A stretch of DNA of 64,000 nucleotides from Marsupella aquatica. Lineage: Eukaryota > Plantae > Marchantiophyta. The notes under the pieces were generated by a model. The model was not told the DNA's origin. It saw only the letters and a list, made by a program, of their open reading frames with translations, and ran no database searches. A program made the position numbers and the translations under genes. The DNA is taken from positions 14,191,542 to 14,255,541 of the forward strand of contig OZ316896.1 of NCBI GenBank assembly GCA_973895155.1, read 5' to 3'. Positions 24,934 through 38,506 of the stretch are shown here, piece after piece (position 1 is the stretch's first letter; each line of letters opens with the position of its first letter).

Positions 24934-27900
24934 ACCGAGAGCTTCTTTAACTACTTGATCCCAGCCCTGCTGGTGCACTAAAAACTTGCTAAGGAAGAAG
25001 GCCCTGAACTCCCTGCTGCCCAGGTACTTATCCTAGTAGTGGATCTGCCTAATTCCTTGCAGCATAAGCCTAATCTACCTAACTATAATCTACCTATGTA
25101 CAGCGAGGCAGGAGCACAAGTGTTGCTCTTACCAGTGGATCCGCAATCCCACTAAGCTAAGTGTCAGGGCCGCCTCCTGGTCCTGATCCTAATTCTAAAC
25201 TTGGAGATCTGAGCCCGCCCTGCCCACACACGCCTCCTCCCTCCACGTCCGCCCTCCTTAAAAGGAGAGGCCCTCCACCACAGTCATGGTAGTGGTGGTT
25301 GATCCTCAATGGACGCCCCCAACACTTCCTCTACAGCCACTACCATAGGTCCGTCCTCTGACAAATTACCTGCTCCGGACCGAGTCAACTCTCCATTGGC
25401 CTGACTGGGTCCACCCTCGGCTTTGGCCTCAGCATCGGCCATGGCCTCCGATATGGTTACGGCTTCCCCGACCCGTTCTAGTGGTGGATTCGGTACACTA
25501 GCTTCATCACTGAGCATTCCGGCTTCGCCCTTGCCATCCCCGCCTTGTAGGACAGTTGAATCCTCTACCATGACCCCGCCTGAGGTTGGTGCCGGGTTTA
25601 CTTCCATGGTCACAATGGCTTGAGAAGTCATGTTACTCCCCGACCCAAAAGGTTTTCGCTTTTTCTGCTTCCTTGTTTTGGCAGTTGGTCCCTTCCCCTT
25701 GCCACTTACCTCTAGCACCGGTGCGAGTGTCTCGGCTTGTCCTTCGGCCAGTACTACTCCTCGCAACTTGGTTGCCCCTATTGGAGTTGGACTTGAGGAA
25801 GCCAAGCACTTAAATACTGCGGCCTGTTTCTTCAGTCGCTCCGTTTGGTTGTCAGCTCGCCGCTGTAAGTTCTCCATCTTCCGTGTGCTTTCCTCCAACT
25901 CCTCCTGCAATTTGTCCAGGTCCTTGCACGCCTCCTCCCGCTCCTTCTAGGCTTCCTCCAACTCTCTCTGGGCTTCCTCAAGCTTCTTTTTTAAGGTAGC
26001 CCTCTCTTCCTAGGTTGCTCTTAGCTCCTTGTTGAGATTTGTTATGACCTCAAACTCCATTTTATTCATCTTGGCATAAGTCTAGTCGAGCTGGTCATCT
26101 TTCTCATGGAGGTCGGCCTTGAAGCTGGCCGTCATGGATGCAAGCTCCTGTCGTAGCACAATGATCGCCTGATAGGATTTTTCTAACTCGACCTCCTTCT
26201 GCTCAAGGGCTCCGCGGATATCCTCGAGCTCCCCCTTCAATGCCCTCTCCCTTCTCTGGGTCTCCGCCATGGCCCGGTTGTTGGCTGCTATGTGGGCCTC
26301 CTCTGCGTCTCTCAGCTCTCGCTTCCACTTTTCCTTCTCCTTGATCGCATTGGCCAACACTCCTTGGGTCCGAGTCAGTTTATCCTTGATAATCTGATTA
26401 TCAGACTGCGCGGTATCCAATTGCCCCTGCATGTTGTTTAGCTCATGCCGCTTAATCCGCAACTCATCTTGGGCTTTCTTGGCCGCCTTCAGGTCTTCTA
26501 CCTCGGCTTCCCTTGCCCTAAGCCGACGGATGACCTCGTCCTTCTTGTTTCTCTCCAAAGCCACCGCTTCTTCTAATCGGCGCTTCTCCAACATCTCCCT
26601 CTGGAAAAAGGGTCCCTGCTCCAACTCCTCCCCAAAGATGTTGAGCTCAAGTTCCCCACACATCTCCCCGTACTCCATGGCTCTCTCTTTAGCATAGGCG
26701 GAGTGAGTAGAAGTCATCAGCATCACCCATTGCGGCCTTTGTTCCCAAGCCGCCTTGCGGATTTCTTCTATCGTGGCTGGAGGGCTGCTTCATTTTTCTG
26801 CAAGCCGCCTGATGTGCTCTAGCCATTCTCCCCCTGGTAAATCTTTCTCCCTAGCCAGGCTGCCTTTTCTTCCTCCCTGAGTCACTCCTGAAACTCTTGT
26901 GCCATCTGTTTTATGCCGTCAAAGCTCGGGGGAGTGACATCTGGTGGGGGAGACTCGGGGCTGCTCTGTTGGGTGGGGTCCCCTCAAACTACTCTTGGAA
27001 GAGTGGGGATGAACCTGCCACAGGTCCTTACTCCTGGAACATGATGGTCCGAACCGTAGCCAGAGTCATCATGTTCGTAGTCTTCTACCGCCTCCTCTGC
27101 GGCTTGCACTACCGGCTCCCCCTGCTGCTCTCTTGGTTTTGCCGTGAACACGGCCTCACAGATCACGGGTCCTAGTTCCTCCAACTTCCACGTTGATCTC
27201 TTCTTCTCCCTGTCGCAACCAGGAGCTTTGGGCTGTTTTTCCTTGGCTTCGAGACTTGAGGCTCCTATATACATTCGGACTCCCGGCTCGTGTTTCGGCC
27301 TCCTTCTCTCCTTGATCCCGGTAAAGGGGTTTTCCCTGGTAAGTTGACTTAGGCCGACTTTGAGAGCAGTATTCTGTACCGGTCCCGTTGCCGTTGCCGT
27401 TGTCGTATAGTGCTAAGTATCAAAAGTGACTCTTCTCACCTAAAACCAGGGTTTCGATCCCTTAAAGAACAGATTTCAGAATGAATTGTATAACTTTTAT
27501 CTCTCGGAGTGATTTAGAGCCCTGAACTCTATGCTGAATTCACTTTTCAACGAAAAAAATCAAATAAACAAACCACCAAGTAACTGAACTTCAGATTTAT
27601 GAATCAAAGAAGAAATGAGTAAGAATTTAGAGACTACAAGCTGCTACTGCCACTCCTTCAGAAAGGATTTGGGCTCAGTATAGACATGAAATCTGTCTCA
27701 TAATTCATCAATCTCACATTTCAAAACACCAAGGTTAATGATAATGGAATTCTCAATCTGATAAACTAGAAGCTTTCTGGTTGCAAATGAATGATATGAT
27801 TTAAAATGCCGTCAACATGGTTTGACGTCAGCGATGCGCAATTCAGTCAAACTCTAAACCATATTCCAGAATCAAAACAACGGTACTAACTATTCTGAGA

Positions 27901-30365
27901 ATCAGAATTTACTTCTCATTTATCAACAACTAATCTTGAATTGGCTAGCGAATCTTGACTTCACAAGTAAGCCTAGCAGTGAATTCAATTGGAGTATCAG
28001 AAGTCTGCAACTGAATTCAATCACCACAGGAATTTCTTGAATTCAATCTCAACTTCAATCAATACAGCTTTACTTCCATACAAAACACTCACAGCATGCC
28101 TTGTTACAATGGAAGGAGGAGAAAACTATTCAGAAGATTTAATTCTGAATAGAGTATTAAGTCTATTTCTCTCCTCTGAAAATGAGCACTCTACTCTGTC
28201 TTATAAGTTCTGGAATCCAAAAATGGAGGAGGCAAGAACAATCGTGCCTTTCCAAGTTTAAAACTAAACAAGGGAGAAGTACAGCATAAGTACTGCCAGG
28301 GTGGCAAAATACTACTCTACTAGTAATCTACTTCAAAAAACTAAGTCTAAGTGTCGAGTGGACGCTGCTAGAAGCGTCTTAAGAAAACCAACGGACGCTG
28401 CTCACAGCGTCGTGTGTTGAAGCGGACGCTTTGCACCGCGTCGGTCGAAATTCTCATAGAGTCTTGGTGGCGGTGGGGTAAAGTACACTAGGAATCGTCA
28501 GGAAAGCCGGAGATGTCAAATATTTCAATAAGTGTCCAGAACAAGTAAATGTTGGCCAGGAGGCGTCTAAAGTGTAAGTAAATCTTGAGATATGCCAAAA
28601 ATAAACAAGTTTCCAGAAAAAATTGTAGGGACACCCATACCACAGCCGTTCTCCTTTCCTTCTCCAGCAATTTTAGCAGATTTTGCATGCCTGGTTGCTG
28701 CATTGGCAAGTCCTCCTTCCTTGGCCTAAACACCTACTCGATTGTAGGACTGTTGGGCTGGGTCGGTTTCTCTATTGCTGGCCTTTGTTCCGGAACCTCC
28801 TATGGTGCCCTTGCCTGCAGGTGAAGTACCGGGGCGAATATCTGACTTCGGGCATACCGGCACAACATCGGCATATGATAGCCAAGCCGAGACACGCTTC
28901 CCTTGCCGATCACCTGTTGTTCCTCCTTCAAGATTTTCTTCAATTGGGTGAGGAGGTATCTGTTGTAGTCCCGACTGGGGTCTGGCCTCTCCGCCAGGTA
29001 AACCTGTGCCTTGCCGATCTCTGGCCTCGACAAGTTGCTGTGCATGGTTACCCGCAAGAAATTGATTATCTCTCCTATGTGCGGGTTGGTGCAGGTGTTC
29101 CGAAAGAAGCCATTCTTCGTTGATGGCCCTGGGAACGATCAGAACTCCTTGTCTGGCAGGGTCTTTCGAGTATCTACTTTGGTCTTATTGCCCGTCGGCC
29201 AGCCAAACACTTCGGCAATCACTCGGGGAGTGAGATAGAATTCTTTCCCATACACCCTTGTGGAATTGGTCTCGGGCTCCCAAGATCCCACGAATTCTAA
29301 TAAGTCTGAATCTGGCACCTCCGGCTTCAGCCATGGTAACTTTACGAAGGCTTCCAAGTCGGATCCGGCCATGAAGCCCTGGTACTTCCGAGTTTGCATA
29401 GCCGTAAAGCATGCATCCTCTTCGCGTGCAAAGTGTAATTGCACTTCCTTGGGGAGGGTCGCCGCCCAGCCTTTCCATGTGTCATCCCTTGTTGAAACAA
29501 CATTGATGGGGTCGACCTCCTCTTCTTCACCTTCTTCTTGCCTCCTGCTCCCTTGCTCGGCTGGCTTCCTTGGTGCCGCCGACCTCGTTCTCTTCGCAGC
29601 GGTGGTCTCTTCATTGATGTTCCCTTTCCTCTTCATAGCGGCTGCCGTGGATGTTTCTCCTAGCATGGTTGCCTTCGTCCACCCCTCCGTGCTACCCTTC
29701 AACTGCCAGTGTATGTCATTGTAGCGGTTGATGGCCTCCCGGATGCCGACTATTCTGTTCTCACAAAACAGAAGATCGTCGAGTTCGTCGGCAGTAGGCG
29801 TCTACAATAATTTAGCCGTAGTGAGTTCTCCTCCTAAGAAGGCAGACTTCTACAGCTCCCACAATCGAGCAAGCTCCTGCCGTTCCCGAGCGGCTCTCTC
29901 TGATTCTTCGTCCTCGTAGGTCCCAATGTACTCAGTTGCCCGTTCTAACAGGCATCCCCAAAAATGAGCAGCTTGATTGATGTTGCTCGTACCCTTCCTG
30001 CGTTGATTGTCGGTATCTGCTTCCACCCCGAGTGCTTGCCTGAGCAACGGACAGTAGTTGGCCTCCCGTAGTTGTCTGCTTAGTTCGTGCTTGCAAATGA
30101 GCCGCCATTCCTTGCGATTGATCTTACCCCTCCCTGACTGGTCTTCCTTCCCGTTAGTTACCTATAGCCGCTGACACTTAGCGCGCTCTAACCCTAATCG
30201 TGTTCCCTCCCCTGACGTTTTTACTTCCGGCCTCGGCTCGGGTTCCATAGCCACCCTTAATTGTTTATATTTTGCATATTTTTGCTACTACACTAATGTG
30301 TTTCCAGGGTTTACTCCTTATTTTATCATTTAAACTGGCCTAGTGATTCCTGGCTAGGCATCACA
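24934..30365 (-). mobile_element. Family-A element, copy A4 (3' end deleted), containing a solo LTR
   Basis: ORF fragments 25284-30047 match A2/A3; terminus GGCATCACA at 30365. Confidence 0.85.
27401..28644. mobile_element. Solo LTR-like insertion (1244 bp)
   Basis: TGTCGTAT...ATACCACA with 5-bp TSD GCCGT; AT-rich. Confidence 0.85.
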
Positions 30366-31642
30366 AGGGCAGCCAAGAGGAAAAAAAGGGATGGGAAAGT
30401 GGAAGGAAGGAGTTTCCTTCCCTTTTCGTGTATTGGTCATTTTTTCTCCCTTCTCTTCTTTCTCCGCGCGCGACTCCTTCCTTTGCCGAAAGCACTTTGC
30501 TCTCATTTCCAAAAGCTCTCTCCAGCTCTTGCAATTATTTTCAAAGCTCTCTCATGGTTGATTATTGGAGATTGGTGGCTCACTTTTTCCGGGCATTAGC
30601 GGTGGCGGCATTGAGTGACTTCTGGGGAAATTGAGGGTGGTTCTTGATCGTGATACGGGGGACGTTCAGGCCAGGATTTGAATGTGGTGACGGGATGTTT
30701 TCTGGAGCATGGATGCTTGATCAACCTAAGTTCAGCGCAGCTCGCATTTGTAGATACAAGGCCGCTTACCGGGAGTACATTGCGACACTAATTGAGAAGG
30801 GGAGAGAAGAAAGAGAAGCAGCAATGAGCACTGAACCGGCACCAAGCCCCACACCGGTTATGAGGAAAGTTTTCCATCGCATTTATCCCAAGACCTCTGC
30901 CAAGGTGATGGAAGATTGCAAGGCTATGTTCCAAGCCACCGGGCTCATTGACTCTATGAGAGTGGAGATTAGAATCCCTCCAGGGAAGAGTTGGGACCTG
31001 GAGGCGGGAATGGAATTGCACATGGAGGGGATTTATTTTGCATGTATTCAGCGGTTGGTGCCTCATGCCGAATTGGCTAAGCCTTTGTTTTTGGAGAACC
31101 AGCAGTTCTCATTCATCCCCCGGAACATAATCGGGGATCTCACGTTGACAATGGTGGCCTGCTGGGTGAACAATCCCACCTCCACCACGGCCATTCATCT
31201 CTCGGCTGTCAAGGATGCAACACACAAGGGATTTCTGGCCAAGGTTCATCAACAGGTCCTTGGTAATGTGCAATCCGGGGTAGTGAATGGGGAGCATTTT
31301 ATAATTGCTCTGGATATTCGGAAATATCCAGCCCATGCTTACGGATGGTGGTATTATGGATTGACAAAGCTATTGGCCACTGAGTCCAAGAGTCTGAAAC
31401 TGGGGGGAGCTTTGCATTTTATGCCCAGGTCATTTTTGTTGGCCAAGGCAGAAGGATGATTGCCTCCCCGGACCTGAAGAAGCTCGGCCACCCCTTACCA
31501 CGGAGATCCGCAGCATTGCCACTACCATCTTGGGGAAACTAACGGAGGTGCCAGCAGTGTCAACAGGAACGGGAGACAGTCAAGTTGAGGAAGACATCCA
31601 GGATGAGGATTACACATTGGAGTGGCTTGAATCTCTGGTGGG

Positions 31643-34600
31643 TGTGACGCCGCCGGTACGACGATTAATGAGTGATTCGGTCTAACTGCGCTCGGCACGC
31701 GCGTTAGGAGTGTCTTAGACCGCTATTATTAGCATAACGACAGTATTTAGGTAATCATTATGGGTAGGATATCATTAGGCAATAAGGGGGAATTCAGGTT
31801 CGGACTGGCGGCTGGTCGCTATTTGCACACCCGGGTTACGAGCGTGGAGGGGCCCCTCCCTCGGGTCCGTATAACAAACTTAAGGAAGCGGCCACTAACA
31901 CGCGCTGACTCAGACCGGCGGAGTGGCCGGCACACCACAAGCGTGAGCGGTTCAGCCTATGGGCGTCGAGGAGACGTCGGGGGATCGACAAGCCCTCAAG
32001 GTATAAAAGGGGAGCCAACCCTTTGTAGTGCACCAGTCCATCAGTCCATGCGCCAGCTTCGACCCCAGCTCTCTCGTTTGCTCTAAGTCGCCACTACTAT
32101 CTCCTCTGAATGTCGCGCACGATCCTCTCCAGCTCGGCCATTCGATTCTGGACGCAGTTCCTATCTACCGGAAGGCACTTGGCCGACTCATTGAAACACG
32201 CCAACCCACGCCGATACAAAATCGAACGCGAGTACGAGCGAGCCATCCGCCTAGCAGGACGACACCACTACATCCTTAACTTTGACTACCCGTCTCAGAG
32301 CGAGCTTTACCGACCAGTAGAGGTATCCGGGTACTTCTTCAACAGAGACAAATATATCGGGTTCTGGGAAGCATTGCTTCGGCTTCCGGACGAGGTCTTC
32401 AATATCCCGGGTACGATCGACTTGCAGCGACATCACTTCGACCACATCCCTGCTCAGGTTCAGGCTATCATCAACAGCGAGTCCAACACTACCCGTTCGA
32501 CAAGGTCGTCTGCACTCGCTTCGGAGAACTTCTACCAGCACCTACAGAGCTTCATAGGAACTCGGCCAGCAACCAACATGACCAACTCAGTTGTACCCGT
32601 ACCCGTACAACCTCAGGCTCAGCTTCAGCTTCAGCCTCAGCCGCAGCATAGCCAAACCCCACCACCGATCGCCCAGCCAGCACAAGTACGCTCCGTCATC
32701 AACGTTGTGGATCTTAGCGATACGACGAGGCTACCCTACCCTTGACCAGGCGGCCCAGAGGAACAAGCGCTCAGGGGGACGATACTATATCGTCCCCACC
32801 CCCTGCTCTGATCCCAGGAGCGGCCCTGGCAGACAACATGGTGACCGTGGCCGACCCGGGCCCGTTACTAACGGCAGTAGCACTACCCAGGCCCGATCGG
32901 GAGGATGGGGAGGTGTCACCTTCCCCGAGCCAGTCACGGGGGAAGAAGAGGAAGGAATCCGCCACTGCATCCGGGTTACTATTGGCTACGGTAACCGTGG
33001 CCAAGGTGACGATGCACCGCATGGGGGAAAATGTTCACAAAAACATCCTCCATCCCAAGCATGCGGTGTACCTAAAGACTCAGGGATTCAAGCACCTCGC
33101 CTCCCTCCCCTAGAACACTTGCAGGTACTACGGGGAGGACATGACGGAGTTCGTCAGGAATTATGACGACGCGCGTCAACATACTCGGCTGCGGGGAAGG
33201 AGTATGTCCCTCATGGAAGAACGGCTCAGGATGATCTTCGGGTTACCCGAAGGTGACCATCGAGTCAAATCACGGGCTCCCGGGGGCAAGGGAGCCAAGT
33301 ACCAATCTTCAAGTTTTCCCTCAGAGGGAGCAGTGGACAACGGGTTCGTGATGAAGACCTGCCTCATCCCCGAGATAGCGGAGCAACTGGAGTTCCAGAG
33401 GTACGCCCTCCACATGATGGAACCCCGGGGGGAGATCTCCGCCGCCCAGGTTATCCAGGTCGAGAACTATCGACCTAGGAGGTGGGCGTCGTACTTCGCT
33501 AAGAAATTCCATGAAGAGATGGAGCGGCGAAGGAAGACGCTGTACATTGGCGGGAAGGCGTATTTCGCTAGCCACATTGAGATCATTCTTGAGTGGTACG
33601 CTCGGTTTGATCGACGAACCCTTCCCCGTGTCAACGTTACAAAGTTGGTCCCAGCTAGGTGGGTTTTCCCGGCCTTGGAGAGACGGCCCCAACCCGAGGC
33701 CCAAAGTCCAGCGGACACGCCAGCTTCACCCACCCCACCTCCACAAGTAGCTGTAGTCGTAACCGAGGAGGTACCGGATGGGTCGGGTGTCGCAACCGTT
33801 GATGCAACCCAACAGGCCGGGCTAAGTACAGAAGTCGGTACGACGAAGGTCTTACCCAAGCCCGGTTCTCCCAAAGACCCACCGGTGGCTATTCCGGAGA
33901 ACCGGACCTTGCTACAGGAGGACGCTCCAGCCCCTTCCAACGTTACGTCCCCAGGGCTGGATGTCACCGCCCCGGCCCCCGCACGTGTTGACGTCTGCCC
34001 GTGCCCAACTCCGGACAGGCACAACCTGGACCACCCGGAACTCTTCGTACCGGGTACATTTCTGAACGGGCTTCTGGGAGATTTCTCCCATCAGATTGCC
34101 CGGGATACCGGGGAGTTCATGGCCCGGAAGGTAGCCTGTTTCTTCAATCAAGAGTTGGTTGCCGTAGTAAAGGCAGGTCGGGCCCAGTCAGAGGCCCTTC
34201 AGAGGATAGAGCGGTACCGGGTGGAGTCCGTGTACCTAAAGAATGAAGTTGCAGCTCAAGAGGCTGAGCTTCGGCAACTATGACCCAAGGTTGCAGCCGC
34301 CGATGAGTTGTTAGCAAAGGCGCACGCTCTTACCGTCCTAGCTGAACAGGCCAAAGCTGGGAACGAAGCCGAGATTACACGACTCCGGAACCAGACGGAC
34401 AGTTTGAAGAATCAAACTGTCAGCTGGCAGAAAGACCTGGAGGAGGCCAAGGAACGGGCCCAGCGGGACACGACGGAGATAGCCACGCTGCAGGCCGAGG
34501 TGGCGCGGATGCAAACCAAGGCCGAGAAGCAGGACCAGCTGGCGGGTAAAGTGACAAGTGACACCCAACAGTTGGAGGAGGCTTGTCAGGAGGCAGCAGA

Positions 34601-35634
34601 GGAGACGGACGCGGCGAGGCGAGAGAATAAATCTCTGCTGGACCAGGTCCAGCTCCTCAAGGCGGACAATGACAGGCTTCGAAGGCAGCGGGATGGCCGC
34701 TCCCATTCAGGTGGCTCTGGCAAGCGTGCCAGGCATTAGCGGCGGAGTAGGAATAGAGTAGGATTAGGACTAGCTTAGTCAGGCTCTTGGGACAGGCACC
34801 TGCCTTGGGTACAGCATCGCTGCCGTGCTGTCCAGCCTGCATAGATTAGGATCTTCTAATAAGACACAGCCATTTCCGGCCTGACTGTCAGCTTAGTTAG
34901 GACCGTAGTCAGTGAATCTTCGGCGAGAGGACACCCCATCCCTCGGCCCTTAGTATTTAGTGCACCCCTCGGTAGAGACAAGGGGGGGTTTTTAGTTGCA
35001 AAGTTGGGCGTCCGCGGTATGTGCGGGGAGTCCCGACCTCTGGGAATGAAAGAGTACCAAGGGGAGGGGGTAGGACTAAGCTCGTCGGGCGAGTGCAGAG
35101 CCGGGCTCCGTTGTAGTGTGCACCCTCGGCCTTAACCTGTTCATTCCGGGGCTGTCGGGTCAACTAAGTGTACGCATATGTCCCTTTGTAGTAAAATCCT
35201 TTCCCATCATTTTCCTTCGTGTAAATCGAGATTGTATGCATGTGCGCGTGTATGTGTATGGGTTTCTCGTATATGGGTGGCAGCGCCAGGCCGAACGCAC
35301 TACCCGAGACGTGCACAGGGTGCAGCTTGCGGGTAAGTGGTTGCGAGCACGGGTTGAGGACCTGTATCATCGAATCCGGATTGAAGGCGGACAGCACAAA
35401 GGCTTAGAAGCCCTTAAGCCGGGGTCGATCCTGCTATCGACTAAGGTATGTTCCGGCGGCGGAACACAAACCATACCTAGGAGGTGTCTATATTTAGCAA
35501 TATACGCACTTAGCGCTAGTTTACGAGAATAAGGTGCATTACGTGCTTCCCTTCCTGCCCAAACCCTTAGATTTACGAGGGATGTGCCCGTCTAAGCTGA
35601 AGTCTGAGTTAAGGCCGCAGCCGATGACGTGACA
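31643..35634 (+). mobile_element. Family-B TG...CA element, copy B2 (3992 bp)
   Basis: TGTGACG...CGTGACA with perfect TSD GTGGG; TATA-like GTATAAAAGG at ~32001. Confidence 0.9.
32110..34739 (+). pseudogene. B2 ORF: Athila-ORF1/Transposase_32-like domain plus coiled coil
   Basis: 32742-33113, 33141-34283 and 34308-34739 are one frame with two in-frame stops; 32110-32745 is upstream in another frame. Motif EFVRNY.....LRGR...L......IFGLPEG; homologous to B1 and family A. Confidence 0.65.
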
Positions 35635-37701
35635 GTGGGGAACCCAGAGGAGCCCCTTGCTTACGACATTCCAGAGGTGTATTTGGCGGAATTATGGGAT
35701 TTTCGTGAAGGGGTCCATGAGGGGCTCAAACTAGCCCACACATTGAGAGATGCGCTCAAGCAGGCCAACACAAGGGTGGAAAGATTGCAACAGGGTGCCA
35801 CGTCGATGAAGGAGGTGATCAAAGCTAAGGAGGAGGCCATACAAGAGAAGGCCAAGCTCCTCCATGCGGCTCAAGTGGAGATTTCTCACTTGAGAGGGGC
35901 CTTGTCTACCAAGGCCAAAGAAGCGGAGGTAGTTGGAGTGCTGAGAGAAGCATTGGCCAAAGAGAAGCAGAACACGGGAGAAGTGGTGAAGTTAAGAGGC
36001 CAGGTTGCAAAACTATGGAGTCAGGTGGGGATCTTTGAGACTAGGGCCAAGAGGAGTGAGGCCTTGAGTCTGGGGAAACGGAAGAGTCCCTACCACCCTA
36101 GCTCCACGCTTTCCCCTGACCTGGTCTCCAAAGCCATTGAGATGGTGGTGAAGGAAGTAAGTGAGAAGTATGGTCCCCTGCTGGAAGTAGCCAAGAAGAA
36201 TCAGGAGAAGAATAAGAGCTTTGGAGAAGAAGCTCAAGGAGGCATGTAAGTCGTTGAGGGAGGCCCAAGTCAATACGGGAACCCCGGGGATGCCACCCAG
36301 ATTCGTGACACCAGGGACTTCCATGGCCACCGGACAGGTTTTACCGTTGGAGTTGAAATCCAGTGAGGAGGCTGCCTTGTGGAAGGATACCATCGATGAG
36401 GGCTATGTCAGGGCTTGGCAAGCCTTGGCGGCGTTGAGGAAGCAAGGGAGCACTAGCGGGAGGAGTACACCGGTGAAGAAGAAGAAAAGTGGAGTAGTCT
36501 CCACTCCAATTGAGAGCGATGAGGAGACCAACTCACGAGGCTCATGCAAGCCAGGGCACCGTGAGTGAGGAGGAGGAGGACTAGGGTAGCCGTACGGACT
36601 TGGTCGTACGACCTCTGGAGTTTGAAACTTTTCATAAATGGGCACTCACGGGCTTGGGGTCATTGTAGCGTGCGAGGAAACAGTAAAATATTTGCTCGCA
36701 CGGGATCATTTTCTCCTTGGAATACCCAGAATTTAGCACGAAAACAACATCGCTAGCAAAAAGTGACACTCGCTAGCCTAAAAGGAACCTTCTATTCCAC
36801 CTATTTATTTAACTCCCGTTGGGTTTAAAAAGCGATCCCGACGATGCATTGGTACATATTACGTATTCCCCGGACACGAACGGTCGTCGACGGCACCATA
36901 ATTCAACATATAATTCTACCGTACATCAGGACAGCGAAGTCGCTAACCATAACTATGCCCATCATTCTCGCACATTTTTACATATCACGTAATCATCGCA
37001 CAACAGTCCACTTAAAGACCCTATAAGTGACCATCATCATGGAACGTACGTCAGGCCAGCGAAATCGCTAGCAATCGTGACACCCATAATTCTCGCACGA
37101 ACTTTGGCGTGCAGTCGTTAAAGACGTGAATAAATCATAATGACACGGGACAAGGAAGCATGTCTTTTGACTTAAACAATCTCGGGAGCGCATCCAAGGA
37201 CAGAATCCAAAGCTTCATCCGGACACCGAGCGTGAAATTCACAACAGACAAGATCTAAGTACAACCAACAGACAAGATCCCAATCCGTTGGGAAGGATCT
37301 CCAGCTATCCACCATCCCCTATATCTTACTCGCTCCTTAAGAAACATTTCCATTCATTTCCTTTCAGCCATTCTTTCAGACTTTTATTGGGCTCGACGCT
37401 TACTCGAAGCGCGATTTGCTTGTTGTGTTCCCGATTGTTGAAGCCCTTCCGTGACCTCTGCTACTGTCAGCGCAGCTACTGTCATCCTGGAAACTGTCGT
37501 TACTATCGTCGAAGCAAGGAGCATACATTTTCTGCTCGGATCCAGATCGAGGTATCCCCGTTCTCTATCATATGTTGTCCACTTGCAGTTTGGTGTTCTA
37601 TCAGGTATTCGTTGTCATTTGCTTTCTTGTTCGTCAACATAAGAAGACTTTTCGAAAGATTTCAAGTAAACTTATCGCATTTGTTTTCATTTCAGGGAGA
37701 A

Positions 37702-38506
37702 ATGGCACGGAATGAGGGTGGATCTTCTCGTAAATGGATTCTGGAAGTTTGGCGATATAACGCCGAAACTGATGGTCAACTGGATTCACCTCCAAGGTCC
37801 ACAGAATTGAAGCAGACTCAGAGTACTGTCAACAAACCTAAGAGGAGTACATCCCCTTCTGGTAGCAAGGCTCCCGTCCTGTCCAAGGACTACAAGACGG
37901 CCGCACCTTGTAAGGAGACATTGACGAATCCGGTCTCTAACACACAAGTTTCTTCTCGTTCGAAAGCGCCTGTCTGTAAGGGGGTATCGGCGAAGCGGAA
38001 GAGAGAAGAGGAGGAGTCATACTGGAGGGACCTCGAGATCCACGACTATTTCAGGTCAAGTGCAAGCTAGAGGGGTACTGAAAGGATCTCCATTTTCTCC
38101 ACCAAAAGGACATAGGTCCTTGGTAAAAGCAATCACTAGAGGACAAAAAGACCAAAATGTTACATGGAATGGCCAGGATTGTTTTGGTGAGATTGAAAGG
38201 TAAGATCTTGCATGCCAAATCTTTGGAAGTGTGTCCACATATTTCGGAATTTAATAAGAGTGCCCAATCTTTTTGGAAGTGTGCACAATCTTTTTGGAAG
38301 TGTGCCCAACCTTTTTGGGAGTGTGCTCAACTAAATCTTAATGACATTTATACTCCTTTCACTCTCCTTTTTGAGCTAGTCCTTGGGGACTCCTTTGGTA
38401 CCCCTCTAGCTTGCTTTTGACCTTCACGGAAAACATCCTCGCTTCCTCCGACTATGATACAGTCTCCGACTCTGACTCCGATGCGTACAAGGCAACGAGC
38501 CCTTGA
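37702..38506 (+). pseudogene. Small MULE-internal gene (143 aa after MITE removal), Ser/Lys-rich with KRKR NLS-like motif and acidic tail
   Basis: ATG 37702 follows a pyrimidine-rich TTTCAG acceptor (putative 5' UTR intron). Excising 38054-38426 gives in-frame HDYF-TENILASSDYDTVSDSDSDAYKATSP*. Confidence 0.5.
38054..38422. mobile_element. MITE (369 bp)
   Basis: TIRs GGTCAAGTGCAAGCTAGAGGGGTAC and GTACCCCTCTAGCTTGCTTTTGACC, flanked by TTCA on both sides; internal 21-bp repeats (TTTTGGAAGTGTGCCCAATCT). Confidence 0.75.

Larger units (their letters stand above)
30644..36568 (+). pseudogene. Element C ORF (unknown N-terminal domain plus coiled coil), split by B2
   Basis: ORF 30644-31459, then EDYTLEWLESLVG|NPEEPLAYDIPE joined across the B2 TSD, then 35635-36249 and 36221-36568 (frameshift). 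Confidence 0.55.

Noticed and set aside
1353-30365. A copies as paired LTRs of one intact retrotransposon
   Set aside because: A2 and A3 are in opposite orientation, A3 has its own TSD, and the DNA between A3 and A4 is MULE sequence rather than gag-pol.
36645-36656. 12-bp TSD for M2
   Set aside because: Aligning both TIRs and the M1 end places CTC inside the right terminus, leaving a standard 9-bp MULE TSD.
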